A stretch of DNA of 64,000 nt from Trypanosoma brucei (lineage: Eukaryota). The stretch is taken from positions 1,088,001 to 1,152,000 of the forward strand of contig CP000071.1 in the NCBI GenBank assembly GCA_000002445.1. The letters run 5' to 3'. The notes beneath the pieces are model-generated. The model saw only the letters and a list, made by a program, of their open reading frames with translations, ran no database searches and had not been told where the DNA came from. The first letter of the stretch is position 1; each line of letters begins with the position of its first letter. A program made the translations under genes and the position numbers. Shown in pieces: positions 51,792 through 62,493 of the stretch.

Positions 51792-54041
51792 TTATTTACG
51801 GGTCGCTGGTCGCTTGAGCGTTGTAACGAGACCAACTCCTCGAACGTAGCGACTACCCTGTGTCTGCGTTTGCTTTTCATTGGCTGGTACCCGCCAATCC
51901 TTTCCTGCCACAGTCGAGTGAAATTTATATCGCTGGCGGGAAGGCGCTGTCCCACATCGTTCCACATCTTGCACTATTGAAAGTACGTCATCAGGTAGTG
52001 CCGCCCCCTGTTGCTGCTGCACAATGAAACGTGCGATAATCGGTGCGTTTGGGTCACCTGCGGTAACAAACGTGTGCGCTGTCCCGGTTCGGCCGGCTCT
52101 TCCCGTCCGCCCAATGCGATGTACGTACGCATCGACATGAGCTGGGAGGTCATAGTTGATCACGTGTGAAAGACCAGGAACGTCAATGCCGCGGGCAGCA
52201 ACATCAGTGGCGCAAAGTACACGGACTTCGTTGCAGCTGAAGCCTCGTATCATCGCCTCACGGCGCTTCTGCCGCATACCACCATGCAGAAACTGAAGCA
52301 TATTTGGTGGTGCTCGCAACGCACGTGAGAGTTCACTCGCCAACCACTCCACCTCCTCTTTCCGGTTGGCAAAAATAAGAACCTGTTGCCTTCGGTTAAT
52401 CACGCCATCATCGTAAAGCTTAACAATTGCCTGTAACCGTTGAGAAGGGTCGGACAAAGCGTACATTCTTTGCGTAACATTCGAGTTAACCTTATGCTCA
52501 CGGTCTACTTCTAGCAAAAGCCGCTCAGGTTGCATAAACCGCGTGGCCAGTCCCCCAACGGTGGCATTCCATGTGGCCGTCCACATCGTTGTCTGCCGGC
52601 TTCGTCGATACCTCTTAATATCTGACATCAGAAACTCCAACTGCGGTGCAAAACCAAGCTCCAACATTCGGTCTGCTTCGTCCATAATAAGAAAGCTCAC
52701 CGCCTTCAGGCTGACTTCTCGGGCCTCAACAAAGTCACAAAGCCGGCCCGGGGTCGCCACCAGTACGTCGCATCCCCCCATGTGCCGCACATATTCCAGT
52801 TGTTGCTCCCGATCCTGTCCTCCGTACATACCAGCTATGCGCACTGCATTTTCCGACAACAGGGAAAAAACCCGACGCGTTTGTTGCACTAATTCTCTAG
52901 TGGGGCACAGAACCAGCACATGCGGCACCGCCCGCACCCTCCCAGACTCCTCCGATGGATCTCCGCTGGCCTCAGTACTTGCGCTATTTTCAACATGGTC
53001 ACTCTCCAGCCGCCTGGCGAGGGCTGCAAGCGCAGGAAGCGCGAACGCTACAGTTTTTCCACTCCCGGTTGGCGCAACCCCAACAACGTCGTGTTTTGCC
53101 ATAAACAAAGGAATCGCCACAGACTGCACAAGACTTGGTGCAATATACCCGGATCGCATAAGTCCGTGCCGTAACCACGGAGGCAACTTGTTGGCGAGAT
53201 CCTCGAAAGAGAGAAGGCGCTGTACAGGGACAGTATTTCGCATGTGATCGCGCACAACGAAATTTTCTTTTTCACTGCCCACATCACTCAAGGAGCCGTG
53301 GTCAGTTGTTTTTTCCTCTGTGCTGAATGTTGAGGCTTCGCCGCGATCGGCATCAGTTGGTGAGCCTTGTCCACTCACAGACCGCATTGGAAGACCAGTT
53401 GTGCGTGTGTCACTGTGTTGGCAATTGCCCTGACATAGTGAGGGAATCTTCGAAGGAGATGGCCCCATTGCACGCTTTACCTCCAGAGAAGTTTCTGAGT
53501 CATTACTACCCGAAGCCAATAATGGATGTGGATTGGTGTCACGCACGCCAAGTTGCGTTCCACCCTCAACGCTGATGCCATTCTCGCCGCATGTCGCTAC
53601 CTTTGCCACAGCGGCGGGGACGTCACTCTTCATAGTTGAAGTATCAAACACTCGGTCCTCACTGTTGGTGGGCTGGTGAGGGTCCTCACAACGCAGCTCA
53701 GTGTGAAAATCATTGTTTGCATGCAAACCTCTGCATGACACACTCACAATACCATCGGTTACGAAAGAATGTGTGTCACTCGACGCGTTACTTTCATGGC
53801 TTTCAACGGGAGGAGCGTGAGGCATCCCCACAACTCCGTACTTTCGGGGTGCACCACTTTCAACCTCCTGTACCGTCGCCATACCTGAAGTGGCATGAGC
53901 GTTACCTGCATCGTGGGGAGGTAATTTAGCGTGACGGAATTGGACGCTGCGTGGACCCCAGTAAGCACTACCAACTTTCACTGAGCACTGACGAACAGTC
54001 CGCAAGCAGTGAAATGTCCAGTGTCGCATTTGCACAGGCAC
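51792..54041 (-). CDS. DEAD-box ATP-dependent RNA helicase with a long S/T-rich N-terminal extension
   Basis: 749-aa ORF. Q motif region ...SLVQSVAIPLF..., motif I VAPTGSGKT, Ia PTRELVQQ, Ib TPGRL, II LIMDEADRML, III TATW (a SAT variant), V ARGIDVP, VI HRIGRTGRAG. The start codon is uncertain (alternative MATVQEV). Confidence 0.8.
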   Translation of the reverse strand: MPVQMRHWTFHCLRTVRQCSVKVGSAYWGPRSVQFRHAKLPPHDAGNAHATSGMATVQEVESGAPRKYGVVGMPHAPPVESHESNASSDTHSFVTDGIVSVSCRGLHANNDFHTELRCEDPHQPTNSEDRVFDTSTMKSDVPAAVAKVATCGENGISVEGGTQLGVRDTNPHPLLASGSNDSETSLEVKRAMGPSPSKIPSLCQGNCQHSDTRTTGLPMRSVSGQGSPTDADRGEASTFSTEEKTTDHGSLSDVGSEKENFVVRDHMRNTVPVQRLLSFEDLANKLPPWLRHGLMRSGYIAPSLVQSVAIPLFMAKHDVVGVAPTGSGKTVAFALPALAALARRLESDHVENSASTEASGDPSEESGRVRAVPHVLVLCPTRELVQQTRRVFSLLSENAVRIAGMYGGQDREQQLEYVRHMGGCDVLVATPGRLCDFVEAREVSLKAVSFLIMDEADRMLELGFAPQLEFLMSDIKRYRRSRQTTMWTATWNATVGGLATRFMQPERLLLEVDREHKVNSNVTQRMYALSDPSQRLQAIVKLYDDGVINRRQQVLIFANRKEEVEWLASELSRALRAPPNMLQFLHGGMRQKRREAMIRGFSCNEVRVLCATDVAARGIDVPGLSHVINYDLPAHVDAYVHRIGRTGRAGRTGTAHTFVTAGDPNAPIIARFIVQQQQGAALPDDVLSIVQDVERCGTAPSRQRYKFHSTVAGKDWRVPANEKQTQTQGSRYVRGVGLVTTLKRPATRK

Positions 54042-55110
54042 AATGTGGAGTCGGGATCCTCTGCGTCGGTTTCTCCACCGTTCCTTGTGTGTGTGTGTGT
54101 GCGCTTAGCTGACTTTCCCCAACTCAGTGCTAAACGATGCCTTTCACCTCAGGTGCACAGAAAAAAGGTGCGAGAGCAGGAGGAGTTTACTTACCCTGAA
54201 TGGGGAACGTTCAAGAGACGCACAATCCCCACGCCACCTCCCTCGCATGACACAAAAAGGACCGTAAGAAAAAGAAAAGAGATATAATGCAGTGGGTACA
54301 AGCGGCGTAAGGTGATAGAGGCCGCACCAAACGGCAAGGATTTGATGGTAGAGAGAAGTTGAGCCAACAAATAAGCATACCACCGCAAACGGATACCATC
54401 AATAATGGGGAGGGGAAATGTGAAGCAAGATGCATACGACACTGCGGTCAGTAAGTTGAGATCGAATTGTGAAGGAAAACGCCATTTCCTCCCATTTTTC
54501 TTGTTTTCCCCACCCCTCACCGACCTCTTTTCTTGTTCATACATGTGTTAGCAGAGAGAGGAAGAACGTAATTGAACCTGTTTGCCCGATGTTCCTCCTT
54601 ACCCTATTCCTTTTTCTTTTTTGTGTTGTTATCTCTCATCCTTCCCTACGTCTTTTTCTTATTTCTCTGTTCCTTTCCACTAATACAACTTTGCACGTGT
54701 TCTCAGTCCCAGAAATGATAGAGAACGAAAAGGGGGCTTCTCCCCTCGGCAGCCGTTCGGGGGGTAGACGTGGTCCCTAACATTACTTTTCCGGTTTCCT
54801 CCCTCTTATTTATATTTTTCAAAAAAAAAAAATCAACTCACTTTGCACACACTCCTTTGTTTTTTTTTGTTTCCCCCAGGTTCTTTGCTTACTTTTTTTT
54901 AAAAAAATACCACTTTTCCCCCTTGTGGTTGTTGATTTTTCTTCTTTCACTGGTGCTTGTCATCACCTGCTCGTCTATAGCAACCCTCCATTCACCTTTC
55001 CCTTTATTATTTTTCTTTTTATTTTCCCACCTGATAAGCACATTGTTGCAGGCGTTAGAACCACTTTTTATCTCTTTCCCTTGTGTGTTTTCACTATTCT
55101 TGAAGATACC

Positions 55111-57336
55111 CTAACTACCAAAGTTGAAAGTAAGCGTGTGATTCCCACTCTCCCTCTTATCTTTGCTGACACTGAGGTGATCGGACCCAAAGTTGTATAC
55201 AGGCAATCCCCCCTCATTTCCCCCCGTGCTAAACGTGTTTTCCCCACCACTCTCGAATGAGTAGGTGGGAAGTCCACTCGGAGTAATACTAAAGGCAGGC
55301 TCATTGGTACTCGACCCTTCCATTTGAAAGGTATTGTACGTTATAGAATCATCTGCAACAAAGTTATTACCTTCCGTCTCACCCACATCGTATGTGAAGG
55401 CATCATCGTCAACGGAGACAATTTGAATAGCTGGAATTGATCCCGTTGGACCGTCTGCAAAACTTGATGAAAAGAAACCACCATGACCGCTCGTTGTGGT
55501 GTCCTCGAGAGGGGCGTCAAAGTTTAGTTGTGGTAAATCGGACCCAACAACTAGTGAAGAATTCTTTCGTTCCTGCTCTTGTTTCTGTGGAGCCGCCCTT
55601 TCTTGTCTTCTCGTAGAGAACATGCTACTTCCCAAATCCGGGGCAAGGGGGTCCCCATAAGAACCCTTACTTACAACCTGCTGCTCTGATCCCGCCCCAC
55701 CCTCAAAGTCGTTCGCTGAAGGAAGTCCTGTAGCTCCATACATGTCACTCTTCCTGATCTTACCCCAGTCAGGGAAACGTTTCGTAATCCTGGACGCCCT
55801 TGTGGATGATTTACCTGACGATTTTCCATCACCTGCGACCTTTGCAGTATCTCCATCGCTATCTGTATCAGAATCGTTCTCACTAGACTGCTGTGTGCTT
55901 GAATTGTGGGCTGCTTTTTCCGGCTCTTCAGTTTTTTGTGGTGTCTGCGTTGGAACCGGGTTCTGTGGCAGGGGATGTGCAGATTGGTTTTCTTTCCGCA
56001 TGTGATAACCTTGGGCCACTCCACTGAGACCCGTGTCATCCTTGCGGACTTCTTCCATTGGTGGATCCTTGCTACGGGCCCATTTGAGCACATGCCCAAC
56101 AGTGACATTACTCATGCGTAGCACCTTCTCCCGCAGTTGTTCCTCTTCCTTTGAGAGGGCAAGGATACGGGCACGTATTCCAATTACTTCATGTACAACC
56201 GGTGTGTGATCGTAGCTTCCGCTAGGTTTCACACCTGCGCCTTCAATTGTGGCGCATGAGCGCTGAAGCAGCTGCCTTTGAGACGTCAGCGACTCGATTT
56301 TGGCTGTGATTGCCTTCAACTCTTCGGCACTACCCTGGCTCCTAGACAGGGATTGCTCTATGTCCAGACACGTTTTCTCCCCCTCCAGTTTTTTTATTTG
56401 CTGCGACAACATTTCAATACGGCTTTGCATCCGTTGCAAACGCTCTTGAGTTGCGTCTACAGTAGACGATGAACCACCACGCCCAATGGTTGCACCAGTG
56501 TAGCGAGATATATCCAATGTCACTGGCACACCTGTGGAGGCGGCTAGCTGCCGCAGGTACGCCGCTACATGACCCGTGAAGTTTGCACGATGTGTTTGTG
56601 ATAAAGCAAGATACTGTGCCGAAATTAAATCCACCGTCCGGCTTTGCACCACACCTTGCGCCATGCCTTCCACACCGCTGAATGCGCGCCGTTTTTCCTC
56701 CAATTCGGCAATACGTGCCTTCAGGGGCGAGTCCTTATCAATGCCCTGCGCGATATTGGCACGGCGACGCTCTGCGAGGCCCTCTAGAGCTAAAAGAAGG
56801 GTTACAACATCATCGGTAGCCATCCGCTTCACATGACCCCTTGAACCTGTCGCTGTCTGATCCACGCCGCGGCCATCTCTGTTGCCTCCAGACGGTTGAG
56901 GAATAATATTGTTAAATGAGAGTGGAGCGTGCTTTTCGGGGTAAACGAGAAGCGCCACGGTCATTTTGGCGGGGCTCCCATGAAGACTAAAACTCACACT
57001 GACCGTTGTTGCTGCTGTCTTGCTGCTAGCCCCAAGCACGCCAGCGCAGTCGACCCTGGTTTCACCTACGGCCTTACGCGCACGTCCACGTATGTATTCC
57101 TCTACACGAATGTTTATCCATTTGGGCAGGAAGCGCAGCCCGCCACTTTTGAAGTGCACAACGGCAGAACCCTCTGGCATGGGGCTGAAGTCAACGTAAT
57201 TATTGTCGGCCACATAACACGGTGTGGAACGGAATGTCTCCCCACGACGATAGGTTATGGTATACTGTTGTCCCTTGGTTAGCGCCGTGCAGTCGATTCT
57301 CAGTACTTTGAATCGGACAATATGCGCCTCGGGCAT
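55111..57336 (-). CDS. Hypothetical protein: N-terminal C2-like (NT-C2-type) region, central coiled coil, C-terminal F/G/S-rich repeats
   Basis: 741-aa ORF. The N-terminal ~130 aa are beta-rich (VRFKVLRIDCTAL...YTITYRRGE...VVHFKSGGLRFLPKWINIRV). Coiled coil IAELEEKRRAF...LQRMQSRIEMLSQQIKKLEGEKTCLD...AKIESLTSQRQLLQ. The C-terminus has NFGS/FSTGG/FESGG-type repeats. Confidence 0.45.
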   Translation of the reverse strand: MPEAHIVRFKVLRIDCTALTKGQQYTITYRRGETFRSTPCYVADNNYVDFSPMPEGSAVVHFKSGGLRFLPKWINIRVEEYIRGRARKAVGETRVDCAGVLGASSKTAATTVSVSFSLHGSPAKMTVALLVYPEKHAPLSFNNIIPQPSGGNRDGRGVDQTATGSRGHVKRMATDDVVTLLLALEGLAERRRANIAQGIDKDSPLKARIAELEEKRRAFSGVEGMAQGVVQSRTVDLISAQYLALSQTHRANFTGHVAAYLRQLAASTGVPVTLDISRYTGATIGRGGSSSTVDATQERLQRMQSRIEMLSQQIKKLEGEKTCLDIEQSLSRSQGSAEELKAITAKIESLTSQRQLLQRSCATIEGAGVKPSGSYDHTPVVHEVIGIRARILALSKEEEQLREKVLRMSNVTVGHVLKWARSKDPPMEEVRKDDTGLSGVAQGYHMRKENQSAHPLPQNPVPTQTPQKTEEPEKAAHNSSTQQSSENDSDTDSDGDTAKVAGDGKSSGKSSTRASRITKRFPDWGKIRKSDMYGATGLPSANDFEGGAGSEQQVVSKGSYGDPLAPDLGSSMFSTRRQERAAPQKQEQERKNSSLVVGSDLPQLNFDAPLEDTTTSGHGGFFSSSFADGPTGSIPAIQIVSVDDDAFTYDVGETEGNNFVADDSITYNTFQMEGSSTNEPAFSITPSGLPTYSFESGGENTFSTGGNEGGLPVYNFGSDHLSVSKDKRESGNHTLTFNFGS

Positions 57337-57584
57337 GGTTTAAGATCCCTCAGATGGGAATACGTGCAAGGTAATATGGTGTAGCAAATCAGATATACGC
57401 AAGTCGGACGAAATAAAAACAAAAAGGATAATACCGAGTGGTCTCAGTCAGTGCTCCCTCCAACGTAGAACTGCTTTGGTATATTTATATGTGTGTATGC
57501 GCGTCTATGATCGTGCTAAAATGTCAACTTCCTCAAGCTGGTACTTACTTTTGAAGGTATCTTTTTATTTTTGTTTTTCCCCTG

Positions 57585-57611
57585 CTCTCTCTCTCTCTCA
57601 CACACACACAC
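57585..57611. repeat. (CT)8(CA)6 compound microsatellite. A (GT)9 tract lies at 57938..57956.
   Basis: Direct reading. Confidence 0.9.
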
Positions 57612-59893
57612 TTCTTTTTGACACACAATTGGAGTTGGGGAGCTCCTTTCGGTGACTGCTGGCTGGAATAAGAGCTCTTTCTTTTTTTCTTATTTATAGA
57701 ATCCGTATCTTTCCTTCCCTTTCCCTTCTTGGCTAATATGTCGTTAGTGGTGGTAAGGGGAACCAGCGTTGAGAGAGAAAAGGGAGGATAAAAGAGAGTT
57801 CAACGCTCTACTGAAGAAGTTACTCAATTAACAGACTTTTCTTCCGTGTCGCGACGCCCGCCGCACATACACGCAGAAAGAGACAAAGAATGGGGCGGTC
57901 CACAGTAACTCAGAAGAGGACGCAGAAAAAAAAAAGGGTGTGTGTGTGTGTGTGTGGAAATTAATAATCATGGGGCTCACGCAAACACAGTTCTCAAACA
58001 GAAGGAAAAACATAAAAAGAGAAAAAAGAGCGAGTAGCCGCGTTTATGGGAAGCGGGAAAACGCAAATTAGGGAAAAGGAAAAATTATAGCATCGCCGAA
58101 TGGCACAAGTAAAATGAAGTAAGGGGAACGGCAGCTGGCACGAATTGGCACAACACCCCCTCCTCCTTCATATCGCTGCCTTTTCCTCCCTCTCATTATT
58201 TGCAGTTCATTCAGCTCATCTCTACATTCTTAATGATCAGTATTCCTTCACATGTGTCCAATATCCTATGTGCCAATCGCTTCTGGGTCTGTTTTCCAGC
58301 TGTTCGTACATTTGGAAGGCGGGGCTTGAAATAAACAACAGTTATATAAGTAAGATAAAAGGCAAAAGGTGGATGGGATGCGGCTAATATTACTTTAGAT
58401 GATATAAGACACATGCAACAACCTCCTGTGCGTCGCAAACCACTTCCCACAGTTTCTGCTTCCAACTCGCCCCCACCTTTACGCAGTGCTAATCAACTTC
58501 CCCCCCTTTCCCATTACTCCTCGTTTGTTTTACTCTCCTCAGCAGCATTCCTTCAAGTGCAACAGAGGGAGAAAAGCAAAACAAAAAACAAAAAACAAAA
58601 TGGATACAACGAGCAAGGGAGGGGATGGAGGGGAAGAAACAACTGACGAAATCAAGCAGGGATTAAGAGAAGTGAATTTTTTTTCCTTTTCCCGCCTTTG
58701 CAAACACAACGACACAAACGCCCTCGGCATGTGAGCCACGGCAGTGAGGGAACTCCTAAGCGAAGATATCGATGAGGAAAGCAAAACAACAACAACAGTA
58801 ACAACACACAAATTGAAACAAAAAATAAAAGATAAACAAGGAGAAAGGTTTAAATAAGAACAGGAGGGAGAGTTACGTCACGGACGTACACAATCACACA
58901 CACACACAAAATAAATTATCTTGGTAAAGACAAGAAAACACGTAAATTGCACAAGCACACATATGAATAAATGCGTGCATGTGTGTTTGTGAGCGTGCGA
59001 TGTTTAACTCCCATCCTGCCTTTCCCCACGTGCCAGTTGTTCACCACTTCTGTTTGGAGCTAATTTATGTTTCTTTTTTTTTTCATTTTTTTGTTTTCTG
59101 CCACACCCCGCTTCTTTACCCCGTCGTCCATTACTTAACAACCGACAGAAACAAACTCTGGATTTCAATGGGTGGGAGGGGAAAGGGAAACATCACCAAA
59201 ACAAAAGGAAAAGGAAAAAGGTAGTGAACGCAGGGGGTAGTGGTGGAAAAGAAAACAAACAAAAAAATCAAACAGTCCTTCTCCTTTCTATGGGTCTATG
59301 TACTACTGAACCTCCCCACTGTTATTGTCTGACGTGTTACTCACTTCAGATCCCACCCGCCGTTTGTTATTTTACGTGTGTTAAACTTGCACTTATTGTT
59401 TCTTATTGTTCTTTTTATTTTCGTTTCTTTCTGCGTCCTCAGTTCTTTCCTCCCTTTTTTTTGGTCTTCCGTTTTTAGGTGTAATTTTTTTTTAACTTCC
59501 TTTTAAGCATCAGTATAGCTTTGAGATGTTACATATAAACATGAATACTTCACTAAACTTCAACGACAATCGCTTTGTTCAATATCATATCAATTCGATT
59601 CCCATCACCCACCCCATAAAAACATTCCTCAACTTTTTTTAATTAGTCCATTCATCCACCCGCTGTTACGACCTCTTCACTTCTTTTTTTTAAAAAAAAT
59701 CTCGTGTTACCTCACATTTGTTCGATTTCACGCTTTCAGCTTTTGTTCTCATTCTTCCTTTTTTCCGCTTTTCACCCTCTTCTTGGTGTCATCCGGGAGG
59801 GGAAACACGAGATTATTTTACAACAACATGACGTTTTCAGGTCGGTGCAACAACAAGAAGAGGGAGAAATGTTAAGTGCGAACAAATTTCCTC

Positions 59894-59930
59894 ATATATA
59901 TATATATATATATATATGTACATATATATA
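59894..59930. repeat. (TA)n microsatellite, imperfect at its 3' end
   Basis: Direct reading. Confidence 0.85.
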
Positions 59931-60595
59931 TTCCTTTATTCCATTGCTTTAATGCAAATAAGCAAACAACAAAAAAAAACATCAACAAAACAAAGAAGAA
60001 GCTCCAGGCATAGTACCGGTCTCTTTCCCTCTATGGATATGTAGAGATGATTGTTCAGGACTCCACACGGTTGTAGTAACAAAGAAAAATAAACATGTGT
60101 GCGGGAGATACATGAATATAACCAAATAATAATAATAATAATCAAAAAGAGTTAGACGGAGCGTGTATGGAAACATTAAAGGCGGAAAGGGAGTTTTATG
60201 TTGTTTTTTTTTTTAATAGTGAAGCTGACCAAACGTATTACATCGACCACCGAGTCATACGAAACGGGGGAATACTCCTGTCAGCATCTATGGTTGGAAC
60301 GAAAGTGTGAAAAACAAAATGAAACAAAACAAAAAAAAAGGGAAACATCAGCACTTGCATACATAAAAGTACAAACACACATGTGTGTGTAAGTATAAAT
60401 GAACAAAGAGGGGAAAGAACTGACATACATATATATTGAAGGTAGGAGGAGACGAAAGAGGAAGAAAAAGCGAAGCAAAGCCAACTACTTTTCTTGTGAC
60501 CGAATGGCTGTGCTTCATTTCCCGCACCCTTCCCCCTTGACCGCAAGTTAGCTGCCCCCCTCTCCATACAACTGTGGGAGCCATGAATTAAAATA

Positions 60596-60597
<2 letters not shown>

Positions 60598-60635
<38 letters not shown>

Positions 60636-60646
60636 TATATATATGC
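60598..60646. repeat. (TA)17 plus imperfect extension, about 300 bp downstream of the PSP1-domain gene stop
   Basis: Direct reading. Confidence 0.9.
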
Positions 60647-60942
60647 ATGTCTATGGGCATCGCCATTAGGTGCGCTTTCACAGGCAAGCACACCGAGAAA
60701 AAACGCAACAAGAAATGGTCATGTTACATATAATTGTACTAGAAGAAAATTTAAAAGGTAGGCCACTCCTTCAAATGGGAGGGGGGGGGGAAATTTAGAA
60801 AGATAAACCGAGCAGAATAAAAGAAGGGGAAATTGTGACTTCACTTATTTTCTTCTTACCTTCTTTACTGTGATCACCTTAACTTCCCCGCACCAACCGC
60901 AAAAAGTACGAAAACGTGGGGCACACTTAGCCTGCGGAGGCA

Positions 60943-62103
60943 TCAAGCGGCTACCGCGCCCGCCTCACAGCGCCGACCGCCTTCGTCCTTCAAACCTGAC
61001 CGTTTGCGGCCCTCGCCCTCACCACCTGCTGATTGCCTCTTATCCCTGCAGTTCATATCCCAGTTCAACTGGTGCATCCAAATGCGGCATTGGTATTGGC
61101 GATTGAGTGCGCGGAGAAGGGTCTTAAATTCCACGTAGGAGTCACTGGAGTACGTGAAGGTTAGCTTCTTGCGGTCGAACTGGAACACCGCCCTCTCCAC
61201 CTGCAGCGGAACGCGGAGGTTCAGCGACTGTACCGCTGCCCTGCAGAAGCGCAGTGCGCTCTCTTCCAACTCATCCAGGCGTTGAAAGGCTTCCAGTTCC
61301 TCAGCGGTCGCCTCACGTAGCACACGGGCTAGTCGGCGGCCAGCTTCAGACGCATCACCTGCCGACCGCGCCCCAGAGTGAGAAACGGAAGCAATGCAAC
61401 CGAGGTCCTCCCCACGGTCACCCTCAACAATAACGTAGCGACCCACAAGCTCTTCAGGGACCATCACAGCTCCGAGCACAGCAGGTACATCATCAACAAG
61501 GAACACTTCATTGCCCAGACGCAACTTCACGCTTACCTCCGCGCGAGTGACGCCTCGCACTACTTTGGGGCGGCCGTCTACGTACATTTTGTAAAGCGTG
61601 TTGCTTCCCTTGTTCGGTGTGGAAGTGGTTGGGGTTCCTGCGTTGCAACAGGATACGGTGCTGTTGCTGAGATTCACAGTTTTGTCGGCGCCTATACTCG
61701 TATTAATGCTTTCATCAACCTCCATGGGGGCCTCGTACGCCGCGGTTGCTGGGCATGCGTACGGTGCCGCTCCGTAACGAGCATAAGTCATTGACCTTGG
61801 ACACATGCCACCCTCATGGCATGGAACACTGGAAGAGGCGGGTTCACCATATGTGTGTGGCGGTTGCGCAACGTCCACGCCCCGATTCGGAGCGAAAACC
61901 GGGGCGCCAAAAGCGGCCTCATGTGATCGCGCCCAATCGCATGGTCCAGCAACCGAGACAGGTATGACGGTAATATGGCGGTAGGGGTTGTGAGTGTATG
62001 TCCTTTTCATTAATCGCTTCGCACACCCGGAAACCCCGTTAGCCACATTCTCCTCCTGGAAGGTTCCAACCGTGCAGTCCGCAAGAGGCGTTCTGACTAT
62101 CAT
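60943..62103 (-). CDS. PSP1 C-terminal domain protein
   Basis: 386-aa ORF. The C-terminal half YKMYVDGRPKVVRGVTRAEVSV...GRYVIVEGDRGEDLGCIASV...AVFQFDRKKLTFTYSSDSYVEFKTLLRALNRQYQCRIWMHQ fits the PSP1-C conserved region. The N-terminus is low complexity. Confidence 0.55.
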   Translation of the reverse strand: MIVRTPLADCTVGTFQEENVANGVSGCAKRLMKRTYTHNPYRHITVIPVSVAGPCDWARSHEAAFGAPVFAPNRGVDVAQPPHTYGEPASSSVPCHEGGMCPRSMTYARYGAAPYACPATAAYEAPMEVDESINTSIGADKTVNLSNSTVSCCNAGTPTTSTPNKGSNTLYKMYVDGRPKVVRGVTRAEVSVKLRLGNEVFLVDDVPAVLGAVMVPEELVGRYVIVEGDRGEDLGCIASVSHSGARSAGDASEAGRRLARVLREATAEELEAFQRLDELEESALRFCRAAVQSLNLRVPLQVERAVFQFDRKKLTFTYSSDSYVEFKTLLRALNRQYQCRIWMHQLNWDMNCRDKRQSAGGEGEGRKRSGLKDEGGRRCEAGAVAA

Positions 62104-62493
62104 TTGCTGCTAGTGCCCCTTTTCTTTTTCTCGTAGTGGTGTTGAGGCGCCTATTTCTTTTAATGTTTAGATCCGTGTTCTTTACTTTCCTCACCCGATT
62201 CTTGTATCGTTTCCAACTCCAGCAAAAAAGAAAACCGATGTGCGCTTGTAACTTTCACCACCTTCGTGCAGAGGTGATAACTTTCACAACTCTTTTGTTT
62301 TTCTTTATCTTCCCTTTCACTCCGCTATCCACGTAAAAGATTTTAGAAAAGGGAAAATTAAGCACTGAAGGGAAATCAAAAATATATAATGGGTAGAATC
62401 AGCAAAAGAACAGGTAGATATTAAAAGCTAAAGAAAATTGGGCGCCGATTTAACACCTGCGCACTGCCGATCCCAGACACACACCCTCTCTCT

